Below, one piece after another: positions 7,300 to 10,783 of a stretch of DNA of 10,783 bases. How positions within the stretch are numbered: position 1 is the stretch's first letter; the number at the start of each line of letters is the position of its first letter. The notes beneath the pieces are model-generated. The model saw only the letters and a program-made list of their open reading frames with translations. It was not told where the DNA came from and did no database searches. The position numbers were made by a program, and so were the translations under genes. Source of the DNA: Candidatus Nanopusillus sp. (GTDB taxonomy: Archaea > Nanobdellota > Nanobdellia > Nanobdellales > Nanobdellaceae); the NCBI GenBank assembly GCA_028276785.1, contig JAPYVP010000018.1, positions 1-10,783 of the forward strand. Direction: 5' to 3'.

Positions 7300-7683
7300 T
7301 TAGCTGAGATAATATAAAGAAGATTGGCCATTACAGAATGTTACTGTTAAACGATCCCCTGTATTCACTGGATAACTTATATTCAATTCTATTGTATACT
7401 GATTTAATACTTTATATGTGAAGTTAACTACTGTATTTCCAACTTTTATACTATTTATACAATTTGAAGGATCAATATTTTGTACTAAATATAATATTGA
7501 ATAGTCACCAGAGTTATAATGGTTTATTATATAACTTACCTGAGTTCCATGTGTTGGAGTTGTTATATTTGATATTCCATCTGCAATTATTTTTCCTGCT
7601 GAAGAGTAAAAGTTAAAAAATGTACTTAATACTAGATATCCTGTTATAAATAAAATAAACACATATATTAATTCCCTTATCAT
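7300..7683 (-). CDS. ArlF/ArlG-family (FlaF/FlaG-like) archaellum stator/periplasmic protein; which of the two cannot be decided
   Basis: A 127-aa protein with one N-terminal hydrophobic helix (LIYVFILFITGYLVLSTFF) followed by a beta-rich soluble part. It sits between the ArlC/D/E-family gene and arlH, where arlF and arlG normally lie. Its start overlaps the upstream stop by 4 nt (7680-7683). The assignment rests mainly on position and architecture. Confidence 0.5.
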   Translation of the reverse strand: MIRELIYVFILFITGYLVLSTFFNFYSSAGKIIADGISNITTPTHGTQVSYIINHYNSGDYSILYLVQNIDPSNCINSIKVGNTVVNFTYKVLNQYTIELNISYPVNTGDRLTVTFCNGQSSLYYLS

Positions 7684-8417
7684 CTTTTTATAGGTGATAT
7701 ATAACCTTTCTGAATTAGCTCATTATACAAATCCTTTAATCTTTCTATACTATTTGAACTATTTATTTGAGCCAATTTTGATATTATATATAAACTTACT
7801 ATGTGATCCATTGGTAATAGTTTTTTATTTTCACCTTCAACATTTTTCAATCCATTTAAATATTCCTTTAATTTTATTTTTACCTTTTCGGTTATCCAAT
7901 TGATAGATTCATAATAATCTAATGCATTATCTACTTCTTCTATATTTGATTTTTTAACTAAATATGCCAACCAACCAATTACAATTGAAGAAGTAGTTGG
8001 ATTATCATCAAGCTTGTTCAATGGTAATATATTATTTTCTGAATTTTCTATCTTTTTTTCATTTATAACTTGAACATTCGATATTTCTTCCTTTTTTTCT
8101 TCTTCTACAAACGGATTGTAATTTTTTATTAACATTTCATATACAGAAAAAACTTTTTCTAAGTTATTTTTAATGCTATTTATTTCATTTTGATGACTTT
8201 CTACTATAGAGTTTATATTTGATATATTGCTAGAAATTTCAGACACTTTATTCTCCAATTCTCTCACACTTTTAGCTAAACCTTCAATAGAGTTAATAAT
8301 ATTTTTTATTTCTGATGTATAATTTTGGTTTACAATATTTTGTTGAGGTATAAAATTAATGTTTTGAACATTTTTGTTGTCATTTTTCTTTTTAAATATG
8401 TTAGAGAAGATACTCAT
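7680..8417 (-). CDS. arlD: ArlC/D/E-family archaellum accessory protein (FlaC-like N-terminal coiled coil fused to a FlaD/E-type C-terminal domain)
   Basis: The N-terminal half is a coiled coil ending in LEKVFSVYEMLIKNYNPFVEE, which matches the ..SLYE......NPF motif of FlaC-type domains. The C-terminal half, IVIGWLAYLVKKSNIEEVDNALDYYESINWITEKVKIKLKEYLNGL...DHIVSLYIISKL, matches the remembered FlaD/E signature (WLEFL....YYe.igWIse.v...L..yl.G ... H..SL). It is the first gene of the arl string. Confidence 0.65.
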   Translation of the reverse strand: MSIFSNIFKKKNDNKNVQNINFIPQQNIVNQNYTSEIKNIINSIEGLAKSVRELENKVSEISSNISNINSIVESHQNEINSIKNNLEKVFSVYEMLIKNYNPFVEEEKKEEISNVQVINEKKIENSENNILPLNKLDDNPTTSSIVIGWLAYLVKKSNIEEVDNALDYYESINWITEKVKIKLKEYLNGLKNVEGENKKLLPMDHIVSLYIISKLAQINSSNSIERLKDLYNELIQKGYISPIKR

Positions 8418-8438
8418 ACAAATTTTAAATATTCCAAA

Positions 8439-8446
8439 ATATATAA
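8439..8446 (-). promoter_or_regulatory. TATA-like box for the arl module (reads TTATATAT on the minus strand)
   Basis: It lies 22-29 nt upstream of the ATG at 8417. That fits a leaderless or very short-leader transcript. No GGAGG-type Shine-Dalgarno was seen. The call is weak because A/T boxes are abundant here. Confidence 0.3.
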
Positions 8447-8447
8447 G

Positions 8448-8458
8448 TTTTATAACTA
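8448..8458 (+). promoter_or_regulatory. TATA-like box for eif6 (TTTTATAACTA)
   Basis: It is centred about 26-28 nt upstream of the ATG at 8481. It shares the 57-63 bp divergent spacer with the arl promoter candidate. The call is weak for the same compositional reason. Confidence 0.3.
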
Positions 8459-8480
8459 TTCTTAATAATCATTATTGATA

Positions 8481-9110
8481 ATGAGAGTTAAAAAGGCGGA
8501 TCATATTAGTGTACCATCTATAGGTATTGTAATGCATATGTTTGAAGATTTTCTTGTAGCAAGTGAAAGTGAAAAAAATAATATTGAAAAAATGAATATT
8601 GATATAAAAAAATATTATGTAGAGTTACCAATTATTACTCCATATTTTATAGAATATGATAATAAAATAATTATTAGTTCTAGTGCTCCTGAAAAATTAA
8701 AGGAAGTATTAAAGAAACATTTTGATATAATTGAAATAGATTTTACGGAAAATTTAATAGGAAATATATTTTTAATTGGTAAGAATGGGATAATTTATTC
8801 TCATGGAAAAGAAAAAGATGTAAAAAAGATATCTGAAAAATTATCTCTACCAGCATATAAAATAAAAACAAAATATCTTTTTGGAAGCATATCTAAATTA
8901 TATAATAATAAATTATTAATAAGTCAGGAATTAAGTGATAAGATAATAGAAAAAGTAAGAGAAATTACAGGATATATTGTAGATATAGGATCAATCAATT
9001 TTGGAAGCCCATATTTAAGATATGGGATAGAAATTAATAAAGAATATTTAATAATTGGAAAATATTCTACAGGTCATGAAATTGTTAAGGTTGAGGAGTT
9101 TTTTTCATAG
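8481..9110 (+). CDS. eif6: Translation initiation factor 6 (aIF6/eIF6)
   Basis: Pentein-type repeats are present. The C-terminal block GSINFGSPYLRYGIEINKEYLIIGKYSTGHEIVKVEEFF matches the usual GTVNxGSxxVGsGlvaNdkgaLVGxxTTGxELxxIEd. The N-terminus, ISVPSIGIVMHMFEDFLVAS, matches the typical FxGSpxIGVfxxxxDxxxLVP. The ORF track starts at a TTG (8475); the ATG at 8481 (MRVKK...) is preferred here. Confidence 0.85.
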   Translation: MRVKKADHISVPSIGIVMHMFEDFLVASESEKNNIEKMNIDIKKYYVELPIITPYFIEYDNKIIISSSAPEKLKEVLKKHFDIIEIDFTENLIGNIFLIGKNGIIYSHGKEKDVKKISEKLSLPAYKIKTKYLFGSISKLYNNKLLISQELSDKIIEKVREITGYIVDIGSINFGSPYLRYGIEINKEYLIIGKYSTGHEIVKVEEFFS

Positions 9111-9420
9111 ATATTTGATTTATTTTCGTTCTTATTTCATTTAAATCTTGATTTAGTTTATTTATTATATCATCTATTAGTTTTAAAACATCATCTCTAC
9201 TCTTTTCAATAAATATATTTCTTCCTATATTTATTAATAAGTTTTGGTCATCTTTTATTGATCCCCTAACAAATATCAATCCTCCTAAATTTATATACGT
9301 ATCTTCTTGTTTTTTTAGTTCGTTAATAAAACTCTTTATTAATTCATATTCCAGTATTTTACTTTGTATGGCTTCTAGTTGACTATATAAAAATTCTAAT
9401 AGTTCATTAGAATTTTCCAT
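9085..9420 (-). CDS. pfdA: Prefoldin alpha subunit (short form, 111 aa)
   Basis: The architecture is coiled coil, two beta-hairpins, coiled coil. YINLGGLIFVRGSIKDDQNLLINIGRNIFIEKSRDDVLKLI matches the alpha-class core (vPlG.g.fv.a.i.d...vlV.iGagv.vE.s.eeA). It lies directly downstream of the LX gene, as in the conserved archaeal rplX-pfdA pair. Its start overlaps the LX 3' end by 14 nt. Confidence 0.75.
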   Translation of the reverse strand: MENSNELLEFLYSQLEAIQSKILEYELIKSFINELKKQEDTYINLGGLIFVRGSIKDDQNLLINIGRNIFIEKSRDDVLKLIDDIINKLNQDLNEIRTKINQISMKKTPQP

Positions 9421-9703
9421 TTTTGATATATGCTACAAATTTCCTTAAATTTTTATCTTTTATATCATTTTCGCTAATTTCTTCAATTTTTAATATTTTT
9501 ATTCTATTTCTTTTTACCTTATAAGCACTTCCAAATAATGAATATATCCTTTCTAAAACATCTTTTTCATTTATTCCTAATAATTCTTTTGAAAATTTAT
9601 AAACAACTTTTCTTTTTGTTAAAACACCTTCTTTTTTCTTTAAATTTCTTAAAATTTTTGTTTTGAATATTAATCCTTCAACTCTATATATTTTTACTTC
9701 CAT
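9407..9703 (-). CDS. rpl18a: Ribosomal protein LX (L18Ae / eL20 family)
   Basis: MEVKIYRVEG...FSKELLGINEKDVLERIYSLFGSAYKVKRNRIKILKIEEIS matches the archaeal LX pattern (K.yrV.G.....F.kEv.A..e.dA.E.vYS..GS.H.vKR..I.I.eI.ei). The small size and the synteny with pfdA also fit. Confidence 0.75.
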   Translation of the reverse strand: MEVKIYRVEGLIFKTKILRNLKKKEGVLTKRKVVYKFSKELLGINEKDVLERIYSLFGSAYKVKRNRIKILKIEEISENDIKDKNLRKFVAYIKNGKF

Positions 9704-9704
9704 C

Positions 9705-10682
9705 TTAGTTTTTTGGTAATAAAGATATATATTCTATGCCTATTTTTTCCGGATTTCTTGGTGGTCTTATCGCTTTTCTTAATATTAATAATCTTTTCTT
9801 TGCTCCTATTACAGAACCTTTTAACATTATATATGTATTCTTTACAATTCCATAATGTGGCCAGCCAGAGCTTGGGTTTATTTCATTATAATTATCAGAA
9901 ATCTTTATTATTAATTTGTTATATTCTGTTCTTCTAAAGAATCCATATTGACCCGGCATTGGTGTTGTTGGGAATATTCTCTTCATTCCTCTTGCCCCTC
10001 TAGCACCTACATGTCTTACAGATTTACTTCTTTTTACCTCTCTATCCTGAACTGTTATTCCAAATCTTTTTACTTCTCCTTGGAATCCTTTTCCTTTTGT
10101 TACTCCAATTACATCCACATATTCTCCTTCTTTAAATATATCACTTATTTTAATTTGATTTTCTAACAAACTTTTTGCATAATTAAATATTTCTTTAATA
10201 TTGTTTCCTCCAATCGGTATTTCAAATATTTCTGGTTTTTTCTTTTTAATTGTTGTTAGCCATGGTTGTGTATATACAATTAATTTTATTATTGAAACTT
10301 TATCTAATATTTGTTCAGCATCTTGAATATCTTTTTCTAAATCTTCATTTGGCTCTAATGTTTTTATTTTTCTTTTAACATATTCATCAAAATTATTAGA
10401 AATAATATCCTTTAAGGATAGAAGTCCTTTATTTGGATCCTTTTTATATAATCTAATTCCAAGAACTTTTAACGGCGGTGTTTCTATAATTGATACAGGT
10501 ACATATTTTCCCTCTTTTGTTAAAATATGTGTCATACCAACTTTATATCCAGCAAATGCAACCGGTTGAATATTATTAATAGAAGGCCAACTCTTAATTA
10601 TCGGATAAATTCTTTTAGCTCTTACTCTTGGCCAAAATTGCATAGATACTGCTCTAGGTTTGTGTCTACCATGCTGTGGCAT
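9705..10682 (-). CDS. rpl3: Ribosomal protein uL3 (L3)
   Basis: The archaeal uL3 N-terminus is present (HGRHKPRAVSMQFWPRVRAKR), and so is the core VDVIGVTKGKGFQGEVKRFG...RHVGARGARG...PGQYGFFRRTEYN. The length is 325 aa. Confidence 0.95.
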   Translation of the reverse strand: MPQHGRHKPRAVSMQFWPRVRAKRIYPIIKSWPSINNIQPVAFAGYKVGMTHILTKEGKYVPVSIIETPPLKVLGIRLYKKDPNKGLLSLKDIISNNFDEYVKRKIKTLEPNEDLEKDIQDAEQILDKVSIIKLIVYTQPWLTTIKKKKPEIFEIPIGGNNIKEIFNYAKSLLENQIKISDIFKEGEYVDVIGVTKGKGFQGEVKRFGITVQDREVKRSKSVRHVGARGARGMKRIFPTTPMPGQYGFFRRTEYNKLIIKISDNYNEINPSSGWPHYGIVKNTYIMLKGSVIGAKKRLLILRKAIRPPRNPEKIGIEYISLLPKN

Positions 10683-10704
10683 TTTTTAATATGTTATTAA
10701 AAAC

Positions 10705-10718
10705 TCTTTTAAATTTTT
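10705..10718. promoter_or_regulatory. Single A/T box (CTTTTAAATTTTTG) in the 56-bp divergent spacer, a candidate shared TATA element for rpl3 and tRNA-Pro
   Basis: It lies 23-36 nt from the rpl3 ATG (10682) on one side and 21-34 nt from tRNA position +1 (10739) on the other. No second clearly separate TATA-like box fits both spacings. The call is weak because of the AT-rich background. Confidence 0.3.
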
Positions 10719-10738
10719 GAAAAATCTTCTATTTTTAA

Positions 10739-10783
10739 GGGACCGTAGGCTAGTGGTAGGCTCCTGGGTTTGGGTCCCAGGGA
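10739..10783 (+). tRNA. tRNA-Pro (anticodon UGG), 5' portion only; truncated by the window end
   Basis: Folded by hand:
- acceptor 5' arm GGGACCG, then U8 A9
- D arm GGCT/AGTGGTA/GGCT (G.U, G-C, C-G, U.G pairs, with the GG of the D loop present)
- anticodon stem CTGGG/CCCAG (5 Watson-Crick pairs)
- loop TT-TGG-GT, with U33 and G37

The anticodon is therefore TGG. The segment is much more GC-rich than its surroundings. Confidence 0.8.

Noticed and set aside
7694-7903. 69-aa ORF on the + strand
   Set aside because: It is antisense to the C-terminal FlaD/E-like domain of the 245-aa gene and is a shadow frame.
8475-8480. TTG start codon for eif6, as given in the ORF track (MIMRVKK...)
   Set aside because: An in-frame ATG lies two codons downstream (8481). 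That start gives better spacing to the TATA-like box and an N-terminus closer to typical aIF6. The TTG start is not excluded, only less likely.
9713-9937. 74-aa ORF on the + strand
   Set aside because: It is antisense to rpl3, whose identity is unambiguous, and is a shadow frame.
9948-10166. 72-aa ORF on the + strand
   Set aside because: It is antisense to rpl3. The C/S/F/Y-rich translation has no plausible fold signal.
10739-10783. Split tRNA half-gene or intron-containing tRNA, as known from Nanoarchaeum
   Set aside because: The visible sequence runs uninterrupted through the anticodon loop and the complete 3' side of the anticodon stem. There is therefore no break or intron at the canonical 37/38 site. 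The 3' half lies beyond the window, so non-canonical introns downstream cannot be assessed.
1-10783. CRISPR arrays, transposons or IS elements, integrases, prophage or classical defence genes
   Set aside because: There are no regularly spaced direct repeats, no terminal inverted repeats and no recombinase, transposase or nuclease motifs in any of the ORFs. The only repetitiveness is low-complexity A/T sequence and the coiled-coil region of the ArlC/D/E-like gene.

Overview
This is a very AT-rich, gene-dense archaeal chromosomal segment. Its proteins are rich in K/I/N/E/Y, and most gaps between genes are 0-80 bp or are overlaps. All family calls below come from by-eye motif recognition; no search was run.

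Layout, left to right:
- 3..140 (+): the tail of an unidentified CDS that enters from upstream.
- 868..1608 and 200..787 (-): two tandem genes of unknown function that look like diverged paralogs of each other.
- 1906..2841 (+): a family-2 glycosyltransferase.
- ~2900..2948 (+): a candidate archaeal C/D box sRNA in the next spacer.
- 2979..3200 (+): a 73-aa protein with two predicted TM helices.
- 3197..3532 (-): a 111-aa helical protein of unknown function.
- 3567..4841 (-): an unusually long archaeal-type tyrosyl-tRNA synthetase.
- 4917..8417 (-): a translationally coupled four-gene archaellum module (ArlC/D/E-family protein, one ArlF/G-like protein, ArlH, ArlI).
- 8481..9110 (+): aIF6.
- 9085..10682 (-): a string of ribosomal protein uL3, LX/eL20 and prefoldin alpha.
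- 10739 to the window edge (+): the 5' part of tRNA-Pro(UGG).

No CRISPR array, transposase, integrase or recognisable defence genes were seen.

The points most worth follow-up are:
- The archaellum motor module has no arlJ, no archaellin gene and only one arlF/G-type gene beside it.
- The paralog pair at 200..1608 is uncharacterised.
- The C/D sRNA candidate has exact 12-nt guides and a matched U-to-A change in both terminal boxes.
- TyrRS carries large insertions.
- The translation-gene neighbourhood is rearranged: rpl3 is followed directly by rplX-pfdA, and eif6 is inverted.

The composition and the broken operon structure suggest a reduced, Nanoarchaeota/DPANN-like genome. That attribution is an inference.
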